A DNA stretch of 63,969 bases, filler included, from an uncultured Methanosarcinales archaeon (GCA_964550945.1; 3 parts of 3 records of this genome joined end to end with filler, not necessarily neighbours in it); one strand, 5' to 3'. Shown: positions 29,231 through 38,924, counted from the whole stretch's first letter. Notes: a model not told the origin generated them from the letters alone. Numbers and translations are program-made.

Positions 29231-29844
29231 TTTGCTAAATTGTATACCCTTTTAATGATATCATTCGCGATATGCCCCAAATCCTCTCTTTTGGATCCTA
29301 ATTGCTCCCAAAGAATAGGCTTGCCAATCCTTATTTTGACGATTCTCTTTAACGCTTTAGGTTTTAATTTCAAAGCAGGTAACACCTTTGCTGTGTTTTC
29401 CAGATAAATAGGGATTATTGGCGCTTTAGAATCTAAAGCTAGCCTAGCAACACCTGCCCTTGGTTTTCTCTCTTTTTTTGTCAGTTCGCCTTCAGGAAAT
29501 AAGGCAACTATCTCTCCATTTTTTAAATGAGTTATTGCTTCATTTAATGCGCCCTTTCCTTTGTCAGCCTTGTCTAAAGGGATACATCCAGCCCATTTTC
29601 TGCATATAATATCTCCCAATTTCCAGAAATTTCTTTGAGCAGCATCCCTAATAGCAATAAATCGTATTTTCCTGTTAATCTTAGGGATTACCACAGAACA
29701 TATCACCATAGGATCCAAGTAACTTTCATGATTAGACGCAATAATAAATGGCCCTTTTGCAGGAATATTTTCTAATCCAGATAACTCTTTGATAAAGAGC
29801 CTAAAAAATGGAAAAATTGCTAGTTTTGTAAAGGGATACACCAT
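29227..29844 (-). CDS. plsC: Lysophospholipid acyltransferase (PlsC family), second paralog
   Basis: NHESYLD, LFPEG, GVARLAL, PIIPI. Confidence 0.9.
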   Translation of the reverse strand: MVYPFTKLAIFPFFRLFIKELSGLENIPAKGPFIIASNHESYLDPMVICSVVIPKINRKIRFIAIRDAAQRNFWKLGDIICRKWAGCIPLDKADKGKGALNEAITHLKNGEIVALFPEGELTKKERKPRAGVARLALDSKAPIIPIYLENTAKVLPALKLKPKALKRIVKIRIGKPILWEQLGSKREDLGHIANDIIKRVYNLAK

Positions 29845-29930
29845 AAACCACCCTAACTTACATTATTTTAAATATTTTATGGTGGTTTCAACAGAAAATT
29901 ATATATAATAGATGATGTGGAAATGTCTCT

Positions 29931-30464
29931 ATGGAAACCAAACTGTGGAATATTCCAAACGTACTCACAATAAGTAGATTCCTCTTCTCACCTTTGTTCT
30001 TGTACTTCTTCCTTGTAGATAAGATAGAGTTAGCCTTAATAGTCTTTATGTTTGTTGCTGTAACAGACTTAGCAGATGGCTGGATTGCTCGCTCAACAAA
30101 CCAAAAGACAAAATTTGGCGAATCCTTAGATCCAATGGCTGATAAGTTTATGATATTTCTGGCTTTGGTTGCTGTCTGTATCAAATTCAGCTTTCCTGTC
30201 TGGGCAATCCCTCTTTTTATATCCAGGGACATTATTTCATTGGCTGGTTCAATATTGATATACACCAAGCATAAGGGCGTGTGGAAAGCAAATAAACTAG
30301 GTAAATTAACCACATTCCTCCAGATAGTATCTATCTTAGTATTTATCCTTAATATGAGCTTTAAAATGATTGTTCTTTGGATTACAATCATCTCCAGCAT
30401 AACAGCAGCAATAGCATACTTGATCAGGTGGATAAACATAGCCAGAAACAAAACAAAACCATAA
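29931..30464 (+). CDS. pgsA: CDP-alcohol phosphatidyltransferase (PgsA/Crd1-like)
   Basis: NIPNVLTISR, TDLADGWIAR..NQKTKFGESLDPMADK, GKLTTFLQ. Confidence 0.88.
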   Translation: METKLWNIPNVLTISRFLFSPLFLYFFLVDKIELALIVFMFVAVTDLADGWIARSTNQKTKFGESLDPMADKFMIFLALVAVCIKFSFPVWAIPLFISRDIISLAGSILIYTKHKGVWKANKLGKLTTFLQIVSILVFILNMSFKMIVLWITIISSITAAIAYLIRWINIARNKTKP

Positions 30465-30496
30465 TCTTTTTATCTCTGGCCGTTTTCTAACCATGT

Positions 30497-31969
30497 ATGG
30501 CAAATACAATATTAGATTGTTATACAGACGAACCCTCTGGGTTAGGCGTTCCCCCTTACTTGGGAGTCTATCCTAGATACCTTTACGGTTATTTAGAAGA
30601 TGCATATTACTTGACAATAGACGATATAAGGTATTTCTTTGGTTTTGTCTTAAACAATAGAAGGTATGATATTCAAAGGCAGCAAAAGACAAACATCAAA
30701 ATATACAATCTAACCAAAAACATTGGCAGCATAAAGGATATCCTGCAAAATACTCAAAATCTTTACATTATTCTCGGTGTCCATACTCCTGGAAAATACC
30801 TAAGCGCTGTTCCTGGAACTCTGCATGAGGTTGCTTTATTGTTAAAAGAAATCAAACAGATTAATAACCGCATAAACATAATCTTAACTGGTCCAGCGTT
30901 ATACGGCACTCAGCTTTATGGTGGAAAATTCTCAGAAAAAATTGACTTGAGCATGTTTGGCAAAACAGCAGATATTGATTTCAGTTATGATGATACTGCC
31001 AAATATGCTTTGAAAGGAGCATCAATCATGCAACAAATACCTGATTTAAGGATTATAGAGATAGAAACCAGCAGAGGCTGCAATTATGGAAAGTGCAGCT
31101 TTTGCACAGAGCCGATAAAGCATAGATTGGAGTTTAGAGATCAAGAAGACATAATCAATGAAATAAGGTCCTTTTATGAGCTGGGAGTTTATTATTTCAG
31201 GCTTGGAAAACAATCAGACATCTATTCATATCCTAATTTGATAGCATTACTTAAAAAAATAAAGGCAGAATTTCCAAAAATCAAAGTTTTGCATGTAGAT
31301 AATGTAAACCCTAAATCAGTAATAAAAGAAAACGGAGAAAAAATTACTCAGGCTATTGTTGAATATTGCACTGCTGGCAATGTTGCTGCTTTTGGAACTG
31401 AAAGCTTTGACGAGAATGTTGTCAAGGAAAACTGCTTAAACTCCAGCCCAGAGGAATCATTTGAAGCCATAAAAATTCTGAACAGATATGGCAGCGAAAA
31501 AGGGGATAACGGAATGCCAAAGTTCCTTCCAGGCATTAACATCCTGTTTGGCTTGAAAGGCGAGAATAAAGAAACCAACCAAAGAAATATGGCTTGGTTA
31601 AACAAGATTCTTGCAGAAAATTTATTGGTCAGGAGGATTAATATACGCCAGATCTCTATTTTTGAAGGAACGCCTTTATATAGAGAGTGCGGCGACAAAT
31701 TTCTCAGGAAAAACAAGAAGTACTATTGGAAATGGCGCAATGAAATAAGGCAAAAGATAGATTTTCCTGTGCTGCAGAAATTAGTTCCAAAAGAATCGAT
31801 ATTAAAAGATGCAAGAGCAGAAATTTACGACGGTAAAACTACTTTTTTAAGGCAGATTGGCACATATCCGCTAATAATAGGGGTCAAAAAAAGGCTAGAG
31901 CTCGGAAACTTCTATAATACTCAAGTCATAGACCATATGCTTAGGAGTGTTGTTGGAGAGGTTGTTTGA
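30497..31969 (+). CDS. Radical SAM protein with TRAM-like C-terminus
   Basis: LDCYTDEPSGLGVPPY, ETSRGCNYGKCSFC, FRLGKQ, RRINIRQ. Confidence 0.88.
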   Translation: MANTILDCYTDEPSGLGVPPYLGVYPRYLYGYLEDAYYLTIDDIRYFFGFVLNNRRYDIQRQQKTNIKIYNLTKNIGSIKDILQNTQNLYIILGVHTPGKYLSAVPGTLHEVALLLKEIKQINNRINIILTGPALYGTQLYGGKFSEKIDLSMFGKTADIDFSYDDTAKYALKGASIMQQIPDLRIIEIETSRGCNYGKCSFCTEPIKHRLEFRDQEDIINEIRSFYELGVYYFRLGKQSDIYSYPNLIALLKKIKAEFPKIKVLHVDNVNPKSVIKENGEKITQAIVEYCTAGNVAAFGTESFDENVVKENCLNSSPEESFEAIKILNRYGSEKGDNGMPKFLPGINILFGLKGENKETNQRNMAWLNKILAENLLVRRINIRQISIFEGTPLYRECGDKFLRKNKKYYWKWRNEIRQKIDFPVLQKLVPKESILKDARAEIYDGKTTFLRQIGTYPLIIGVKKRLELGNFYNTQVIDHMLRSVVGEVV

Positions 31970-32147
31970 TTAATGCATTTTCCGAATATATCATACAAAT
32001 TCTATGAGTATATCAGTATACACATTTGTAAATTAATGTATAAAAACGTAAGATTTATATAGTAGTATGCATATGCTATATTCTAATTAGGGTCTTCGCC
32101 CTAAAAATAGATATCAAACTAAAAATCAAAAAAAAGGGGTCGAGAAA

Positions 32148-33179
32148 ATGGAAAATCCAAACGATGATATGATTGGTAAGGCAAACATAAAAGTAATAGG
32201 TGTTGGAGGAGCTGGCAGCAATATGGTCAGCTGGCTATATCAAAAAGGAATCAAGGGTGCTGATATTATAGCATGCAACACAGATCAACAGCATCTTAAT
32301 CTGACTCAAGCAGATACAAAATTTCTGATTGGAAGAAATGTCACTAGGGGCTTAGGCTGTGGCGGATTTCCATCTAAAGGAGCCCAGGCAGCCCAGGAAA
32401 CAGCTAGCCAGATAAAAGAGGTCCTAAAAAGCTCTGATATGGTTTTTGTCTGTGCTGGAATGGGCGGCGGAACTGGAACAGGAGCAGCTCCTTTTATTGC
32501 TAATGCAGCAAGGGAGACTGGAGCCATTGTTATTGGCACTGTAACCATGCCTTTCAAGATAGAAAGAGCCAGAATCGATAAATCTGAATTTGGCCTAGCT
32601 CAGCTAAGAGAAGTTAGCGATACTGTAATAGTCATAGATAATAACAGGCTGGTAAATATAGCAGGAAACTTGCCTGTTGAAAAAGCTTTTGCTGTTGCAA
32701 ATGAGCTAATCTCAACAATGATTAGAGGTATTGTTGAAACAATCTCAGTCCCATCTCTAGTTAATCTTGATTTTGCAGACGTAAAAGCAATAATGAAATC
32801 AGGCGGAGTAGCTGCAATAGGTGTTGGTGTTTCTGATACAACCAACAGGGTTCAAGAGGCTGTAAAAGGCGCACTAGCAAATCCATTATTGGATATTGAC
32901 TATAATGGCGCAGAAGGAGCTTTGATACATATTGAAGGAGGCCCCGATATGACACTTGACGAAGTTGAAAAGATTGGTGAGCTGGTAACTGAAAACCTGG
33001 ATGAAAGTGCAAACGTCATCTGGGGAGCAAGAGTCAGTGATAATATGAAAGGCAAGATATGTATTATGACCATTATCACAGGAGTTAACTCTCCATGGAT
33101 CTTGGGAAAATCCGACAAAAGAAACATAAATTTCCAAACATCAAAAATAGGGAAAGAATTAGGAATAGAATTTGTCTGA
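32148..33179 (+). CDS. ftsZ: Cell division protein FtsZ
   Basis: GVGGAGSN, GMGGGTGTG, NLDFADV, C-terminal LGIEFV. Confidence 0.98.
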   Translation: MENPNDDMIGKANIKVIGVGGAGSNMVSWLYQKGIKGADIIACNTDQQHLNLTQADTKFLIGRNVTRGLGCGGFPSKGAQAAQETASQIKEVLKSSDMVFVCAGMGGGTGTGAAPFIANAARETGAIVIGTVTMPFKIERARIDKSEFGLAQLREVSDTVIVIDNNRLVNIAGNLPVEKAFAVANELISTMIRGIVETISVPSLVNLDFADVKAIMKSGGVAAIGVGVSDTTNRVQEAVKGALANPLLDIDYNGAEGALIHIEGGPDMTLDEVEKIGELVTENLDESANVIWGARVSDNMKGKICIMTIITGVNSPWILGKSDKRNINFQTSKIGKELGIEFV

Positions 33180-33189
33180 GGGTGAGAAT

Positions 33190-33927
33190 ATGGAAGAACG
33201 AGACGAACAAATAGTCAAAAAGATGGTTACAACCATTGTAGAGCATAATGAAAAGATCATAAATCATAACCAGGACATTAATAAGTTCAGCAGGATAGTG
33301 CCGTCTCTGATGAAAAAAGGCTTTGACAGCCTTAATTTATCTATGTTCAGCCCAGAGGTAAAATGCGGTCTGCTGTCTGCATTAGGTGAAGAGTATAGGA
33401 GAAAAGGTAACCTCAACGATGCTGTCAAATCTTTTGTGATTGCAGGAAACAAAGAAAAGCTGAATGAAGTAGCTGAAGACTATGAAAAATTATTCCAGTT
33501 TGACAACGCCATTGAAGTTTATAAGCTGGCCAACAATAAGATGAAATTATTGGAGATTGGCAAGAGATGCCTTAACGAAGGAAGGCTGCAGTATGCGATA
33601 AAGGCGTTTATAACCCTTGGCGACAATACCAAGCTTATAGAAGTTGGAGACCAATGCGTGAGTAAATACAAATTTGACTACGCATTTGAGATATTCTCAA
33701 CAATAAAGGACAAGGATAAATTAACAGAGCTTGGCAATAAATGCATTGAAGAAAAAGAATATGCCTATGCCATAAAGTCATTTGATCTTTCTGGAGACAA
33801 GGAAAGATTAAGCGTTGTAGGAGATATTTGCTTGAAAGAAGAGCAGGTGTCAAAAGCATTGGAAGCTTATGGCTTAGCTGGCAATACTATGATGGTTGAT
33901 TTCATCAAAGAAAATTTTCATGATTAA
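33190..33927 (+). CDS. Alpha-solenoid repeat protein (clathrin/TPR-like)
   Basis: ~29-aa repeats of the form KL.E.G..C.....Y..A...F...G; SD GAGGGTGA. Confidence 0.75.
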   Translation: MEERDEQIVKKMVTTIVEHNEKIINHNQDINKFSRIVPSLMKKGFDSLNLSMFSPEVKCGLLSALGEEYRRKGNLNDAVKSFVIAGNKEKLNEVAEDYEKLFQFDNAIEVYKLANNKMKLLEIGKRCLNEGRLQYAIKAFITLGDNTKLIEVGDQCVSKYKFDYAFEIFSTIKDKDKLTELGNKCIEEKEYAYAIKSFDLSGDKERLSVVGDICLKEEQVSKALEAYGLAGNTMMVDFIKENFHD

Positions 33928-33939
33928 AGAGATGAGAAC

Positions 33940-34326
33940 ATGGAAAACACATCCTTATTCCAAAATAATATGACTGCTAATCCAGATGACTATCTGTTCC
34001 AGAGGAAGATAGAAATAATGATGGATACTAACAATAAGAAGATTAATCACGAATTAACAGACTTAAAAAGCAATATCAGCAAGCTAAATGAGGAAATCTC
34101 TATCCTTAGGCAGCAGCTTAATGAAGCTAGGTCAGTAAGAGTTGAATCTCCTGCTCCTATAGCGCCAGTTTCTGTCGCTGCTGTTGCAGCTCCAGCAACA
34201 AATTCCAATAATATAGATTTGGATGATGCTAGAAAAAATGGACAGCAGCTAAGGCCAAGATTTGGAGATTATAAGCCAGAAGACGTATCTATAAGTAAGT
34301 TCTTTTATTACGGCTCTAAAAAGTAA
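33940..34326 (+). CDS. Coiled-coil protein with disordered linker and C-terminal motif
   Basis: Heptad region, Pro/Ala-rich linker, ends with DVSISKFFYYG. Confidence 0.75.
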   Translation: MENTSLFQNNMTANPDDYLFQRKIEIMMDTNNKKINHELTDLKSNISKLNEEISILRQQLNEARSVRVESPAPIAPVSVAAVAAPATNSNNIDLDDARKNGQQLRPRFGDYKPEDVSISKFFYYGSKK

Positions 34327-34331
34327 AAGGC

Positions 34332-34724
34332 ATGAAAATGAAAAACATAGTTTACATGTGTGACCAATGTAAAAATAAGTTTGAATTTGGAAACATTAGG
34401 TACACAAATGATGGAAAAAAGCTTGTTTGCTTAGGATGTTATAGTAAGATCAAAAAACAGCCAGAAACCAAAAAACCAGAAATAACAGAGCCAGTTCAGC
34501 ATCTGCCAGATATTGTTAAAGTAATCTGCGTAAAATGCAGGTACAAATTCTCCCTAAACAGAAAATCCAACGCCAAGGTTATGTGCCCTTATTGCGGTGG
34601 CAATAACCTAATGATAGATGGCACTACTGCTGAAAAGCTGGTTGAGGAAGCTTCGCATGAGATCTCTCACAGCAAGAATATTCGCGAAAACATTGCACAT
34701 AAAAGACAGAAATTATCTTTATAG
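34332..34724 (+). CDS. Double zinc-ribbon protein
   Basis: Four CxxC pairs: CDQC, CLGC, CVKC, CPYC. Confidence 0.8.
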   Translation: MKMKNIVYMCDQCKNKFEFGNIRYTNDGKKLVCLGCYSKIKKQPETKKPEITEPVQHLPDIVKVICVKCRYKFSLNRKSNAKVMCPYCGGNNLMIDGTTAEKLVEEASHEISHSKNIRENIAHKRQKLSL

Positions 34725-34805
34725 GATTTTTTCAATAGTATCAATGTCTATTTTTATTTCAAAAACCGAAAGCTTTGAATAATAGTTATAATTATAGCTA
34801 TAATC

Positions 34806-35021
34806 ATGACTCCTACAATACTGATAAAGGAACCAACAAAACAGATGCTTGAAAAAATAAAGGAAATTGAGAACAAGGTTACATTTGATGATGCAATAAT
34901 AGGGCTTTCTAAAAATAAGCTTAATGTACCCAATTCTCTATTTGGTAAAGGAAAAGGTAAAATATCCACTTTTAAAAAAGAAGACAAGATGGTATTGCAT
35001 GACCTTGGATTATATATTTAA
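34806..35021 (+). CDS. VapB-like antitoxin
   Basis: MTPTILIKEPTK..L..IK....TFDDAI; near-palindrome ATAGTTATAA/TTATAGCTAT upstream. Confidence 0.6.
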   Translation: MTPTILIKEPTKQMLEKIKEIENKVTFDDAIIGLSKNKLNVPNSLFGKGKGKISTFKKEDKMVLHDLGLYI

Positions 35022-35051
35022 CCGCAAAACTAAATAATTCNNNNNNNNNNA

Positions 35052-35096
35052 GATGAGCATTTTAAGGACTTTGATGATGTAGAATTTCTGGATTAG
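35052..35096 (+). pseudogene. C-terminal fragment of a PIN/VapC toxin (rest lost or in gap)
   Basis: DEHFKDFDDVEFLD* resembles the tail GDKEFENMENVEFV of the intact VapC at 63229; follows a 10-N gap. Confidence 0.55.
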
Positions 35097-35103
35097 ATAA
35101 CTT

Positions 35104-36516
35104 CTATTTAATCAACCTCTTTAATGTATCATTAACCTCTTTTGGAGTTGCTTTCCCTTTTGTTTTCTTCATTACAATTCCAACAACAAAATTCAACGCT
35201 TTCTCTTCTCCATTTTTATAATCTTCAACAGCCTTTGCAGATTCTTTTATAGCCTCTTTGCATAACTTCTCAATCTCTCCAGAATCAGATACAGCGCCAA
35301 GCCCCTCTTTCTCTACATATTCATTGACATCAAACGGCTTCTCAATCAGCTTTTCCAATATTTTCTGGGCAACCCTATCAGTAATCTTTTTCTCTTCAAC
35401 TAATTTAAGCAGATCAATCATATGAATATCCTTTATTTCAGTATCTTTTAGCTTCTTTTTATTGTAATTCAGCACTCTAGCCAGCTCTCTTCTCACCCAT
35501 TTTGCAGCTAAACTAGGGTCTACAGCAGTGCTCACTGCTTCAAACATCTCAGCTAATTCTTTATCCCTTGAAATAATCTTAGCCATCTCCTCTGTAATGC
35601 CATGCTCTTTAGTGAATTTCTCCAGTTTTGCCTCAGCTAATTCAGGCATCTCTTTTTCAATCTCCTTGATCCATCCCTTTGTTAGTCCTATTCTTACTAG
35701 ATCAGAATCAATGATATAACCATACTCTTCCTCAACCTCTTTCTCTCTTAAAGAAAAGGTTATCCCTCTTTCTGAATCCCATGCCCTTGTCTCTTGTTTT
35801 AGCTTTTTTCCATCTTCAACAGCCTTTTTCTGCCTTCCAACCTCATATTTCAAAGCCCTCTCAATATCCTTAAACCCAGTAATGTTTTTTATCTCCGCCC
35901 TAACATAGCCGCTTTCTTTTATAGAAATATTGGCATCAGCTTTTATTATGCAATAATCAACATCAAAAATCTCTAAATACTCTAAAATAGTGATTAGCTG
36001 CTTCATAAAATCCCTTGCTTCCTCTGGGCTTATCAATTCTGGTTTTGTGACAACCTCTAATAATGGATTTCCGCTTCTGTTGTAATCAACAAGAACATAG
36101 CTCGATTTTTCCATTCCAGCAGGATGTATCAAAGCAGCAGGATCCTCTTCTAAATGTATCCTGACCAATCCAATCTCCTTTCCGCTTTGCAATTTTATCT
36201 TTCCTTCCTCAGCTAGTGGAATTTCATATTGGGATATTTGATAGTTTTTTGCCATGTCAGGATAAAAATAGCTCTTTCTTGAGAATATTAGCTCTTTATT
36301 GATATTTGATTTTGTTGCCAGGGCAAGCTTCATAGCCTTTTCAATCGCAGCCTTATTCACAACAGGCTTTGAACCGGGATGGCCTAGGCATACAGGACAA
36401 GTCCTTGAATTGGGATCTTCGCTGCCAAAAGTAGCGCATCCGCAAAACAGCTTTGATTTTGTATTTGGCTGTATATGTATTTCAAGTCCTATAACAACAT
36501 CAGTTGTGAAGTTCAT
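35104..36516 (-). CDS. gatB: Asp/Glu-tRNA amidotransferase subunit B
   Basis: IGLEIH, SKLFC, RKSYFYPD, IHLEED, VDYNRSG.PLLE, ETR. Confidence 0.97.
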   Translation of the reverse strand: MNFTTDVVIGLEIHIQPNTKSKLFCGCATFGSEDPNSRTCPVCLGHPGSKPVVNKAAIEKAMKLALATKSNINKELIFSRKSYFYPDMAKNYQISQYEIPLAEEGKIKLQSGKEIGLVRIHLEEDPAALIHPAGMEKSSYVLVDYNRSGNPLLEVVTKPELISPEEARDFMKQLITILEYLEIFDVDYCIIKADANISIKESGYVRAEIKNITGFKDIERALKYEVGRQKKAVEDGKKLKQETRAWDSERGITFSLREKEVEEEYGYIIDSDLVRIGLTKGWIKEIEKEMPELAEAKLEKFTKEHGITEEMAKIISRDKELAEMFEAVSTAVDPSLAAKWVRRELARVLNYNKKKLKDTEIKDIHMIDLLKLVEEKKITDRVAQKILEKLIEKPFDVNEYVEKEGLGAVSDSGEIEKLCKEAIKESAKAVEDYKNGEEKALNFVVGIVMKKTKGKATPKEVNDTLKRLIK

Positions 36517-36641
36517 TTTTTATTTTCGCATTTATTGCATATGTCTTTCTTTTTCTTGCTTTCTTCAACCGTGAATAAAAAGTGAGCTATCTTATATCCA
36601 AACCCTTCTAAAGGCACCTTACATATTTTGCATTTTTTCAT
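36513..36641 (-). CDS. 42-aa CxxC...CxxC zinc-finger microprotein (not in ORF track)
   Basis: MKKCKICKVPLEGFGYKIAHFLFTVEESKKKKDICNKCENKK*; fills the whole intergenic gap; ATGA overlap with gatB. Confidence 0.75.
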   Translation of the reverse strand: MKKCKICKVPLEGFGYKIAHFLFTVEESKKKKDICNKCENKK

Positions 36642-36644
36642 CTT

Positions 36645-37577
36645 TTATCCCTCTTGCCTGTAAGATAATACTAGAGGTTTAGGCACACAAACTTTTCCTT
36701 CTTCAGGGATATTAAGGGCACTCAACACAGTATGTATATATCTGGGTCGTTCCAACCCCCTTACTGCATCAGCAATAGCACATTCAGCATTCCAGACACT
36801 TCCATAATCAATACCTGTATCTAGCCTAACAGCTACGCCACGTCTAGGATCACCAGATTGAGGATATACTATATACAGGTCTGTCTGTGGAGGTTTACAT
36901 GATGATAATTCTTCTAATTGCGTTTGGGATAATCTATCTCTGCCCTGATTTCCTTGAACTAATTCACGAGCTCTGCAAAGCGTGTACAAATTTACTGATT
37001 CAACTGCTCCTACAACACCTCCCTTTTCAACCTCAGCACGGCAAGCGCTAATTTCTGAATCAATAAGCTCCAATAACCCCACTAATGTCCAACTAGTAAC
37101 CTCATAAGCTAATTTTTCATGCATTGGTTGAGCTGTTACCCTTCTCCACTCCCCTTTTATTAATCCAAAATGAATCACCCTATGATCATGCCCTGAGATA
37201 CTATCATCGCTAATGACCAATCCCTTTCCAGTATATACTCCTCTTAACCTACTTTGTTCTTTTAATCCATGAGCTACCTGTCTTTCATTAGATTCCATTA
37301 GCTCCCTCTCCAACTCTTCCGGAAGCTGGATTTTATCTGCAAAATCTGGTGGCAATTCCATCCTAAAATCTGAATTTCTGTATTGATTAACTAACCTTTG
37401 TACAAACTCTTGTTGTTGTGACAGCCATTCATGAAACGCCATATCTTTTCTTCTCAGAAGCTCTTCAATCTTTCCCCCTCTCTCCCTTTTCGATTCTTTG
37501 GATAAATACTCTTGAGAGTATCCTTTGTTATCCGCCTGCATTGGTTGTCCAGCAACAATCTCTAAAGAGCTATTCAT
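36645..37577 (-). CDS. Hypothetical protein inserted in gat operon
   Basis: 310-aa ORF, ATGA overlap with gatA; no motif recognised. Confidence 0.65.
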   Translation of the reverse strand: MNSSLEIVAGQPMQADNKGYSQEYLSKESKRERGGKIEELLRRKDMAFHEWLSQQQEFVQRLVNQYRNSDFRMELPPDFADKIQLPEELERELMESNERQVAHGLKEQSRLRGVYTGKGLVISDDSISGHDHRVIHFGLIKGEWRRVTAQPMHEKLAYEVTSWTLVGLLELIDSEISACRAEVEKGGVVGAVESVNLYTLCRARELVQGNQGRDRLSQTQLEELSSCKPPQTDLYIVYPQSGDPRRGVAVRLDTGIDYGSVWNAECAIADAVRGLERPRYIHTVLSALNIPEEGKVCVPKPLVLSYRQEG

Positions 37578-38875
37578 TTTTCCAACCCCCTTCCACCTTG
37601 TATTATCTTCCCTTCTTGCAAATGATCCCCTATCAACATCATCCCAACTGGCATATTATCCTTAAAACCAACTGGAACAGTCAAATGAGGCATTCCAGCT
37701 AGATTAGGCCCAACTGTCAGGATATCCATCATATACATCTGTAAAGGTGTTAATTTCTCTATCTCTGTAAACTTAGGAGCAACAATTGGCATTGTAGGGC
37801 TTATAAGAACATCAACTTTCTTAAACAGCTTTTTATATTCTTCAATTATATTAGTTCTTAATTGCATTGCCTTGATATAATAAGCATCCCTATAGCCAGC
37901 CATCCTTGCAAAGGTTCCTATTATTATCCTTCTTTTGCTTTCTTCATTAAAATTATGGCTCCTTACTTTTGAAAAATACTCATTGAAGTTTCCTTCTAAT
38001 TTTTCATGCACGCCATACCTCATTCCGCAATATTTTGCGAGATTAGTAGAAGCCTCACTCATTGCTATCAGATAATAAACATAAACGCCATATTTCGCAG
38101 TCAAAGGCAAACTAACCTCAGTATAATTCAAATCAATTATCTTATCTAGAACTATTTTTTTAATGCTCTCATCAGTCCCTTCTCCAAAAGCCTCTTTTAT
38201 TATCCCTATTTTTAATTTTTTAATATCTTTGTCTAAATAATCTGAATATTTTTCAACATGAGCATTCAAGCTAGTGCTCTCTTTCTTGTCAAAACCAGCA
38301 ATAACCTCCATTGCTAATGCTATATCCTTCATGTTCTTAGCCATTGGCCCTATTTTATCTAAACTGTTGGAATAATCCATCAATCCATACCTGCTGACCC
38401 TTCCATAAGTAGGGCATAATCCAAAAACACCGCAGAAAGATGCAGGGCAAACAATGCTTCCTCCCGTGCTCTCTGCTATGCTTATATGCCTAAAACTCGC
38501 TTTCTTAGTAATTCCTGCGCTTCCGCCAGAACTCCCCCCACATACCCTTTCTTTATCAAAAGGGTTTAATGGAACATCCATCCCTAATCCGACATTAACA
38601 TTAAAGCTTCCAAATCCAAACTCATCCTGGCTAGTTTTTCCAATTATTAATCCACCTTCTTTCTTCACTTTATCAACAACAGTAGCATCAAAAACCGGCT
38701 TATATCCGCTAAGGATCTTGCTTCCTGCCCTTGATTCAACGCCTTTAACGCAAATGCAGTCCTTTACAGAAATCGCAACCCCTTCTAATTTACCTTTTCC
38801 TTCTTTTTTCGGGTTTTCAATTATCTTATTAAAATAATGATATTCTTTGTTTATTTTTTTTACTTCTTCAATCAT
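37574..38875 (-). CDS. gatA: Asp/Glu-tRNA amidotransferase subunit A
   Basis: VKD, GGSSGGSA, ESTGGSI, YGRVSRYGL, KRRIIIGTF. Confidence 0.96.
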   Translation of the reverse strand: MIEEVKKINKEYHYFNKIIENPKKEGKGKLEGVAISVKDCICVKGVESRAGSKILSGYKPVFDATVVDKVKKEGGLIIGKTSQDEFGFGSFNVNVGLGMDVPLNPFDKERVCGGSSGGSAGITKKASFRHISIAESTGGSIVCPASFCGVFGLCPTYGRVSRYGLMDYSNSLDKIGPMAKNMKDIALAMEVIAGFDKKESTSLNAHVEKYSDYLDKDIKKLKIGIIKEAFGEGTDESIKKIVLDKIIDLNYTEVSLPLTAKYGVYVYYLIAMSEASTNLAKYCGMRYGVHEKLEGNFNEYFSKVRSHNFNEESKRRIIIGTFARMAGYRDAYYIKAMQLRTNIIEEYKKLFKKVDVLISPTMPIVAPKFTEIEKLTPLQMYMMDILTVGPNLAGMPHLTVPVGFKDNMPVGMMLIGDHLQEGKIIQGGRGLEK

Positions 38876-38876
38876 A

Positions 38877-38924
38877 TTAAAAAACTCCAAGTTTTTTAAC
38901 TATACTGAAAATCTTTGATTTTCA
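38877..38924. repeat. Two short palindromes inserted at the gatA start
   Basis: TTAAAAAACT-cca-AGTTTTTTAA and TGAAAATC-ttt-GATTTTCA; ATGA duplicated at both ends on the minus strand. Confidence 0.7.
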
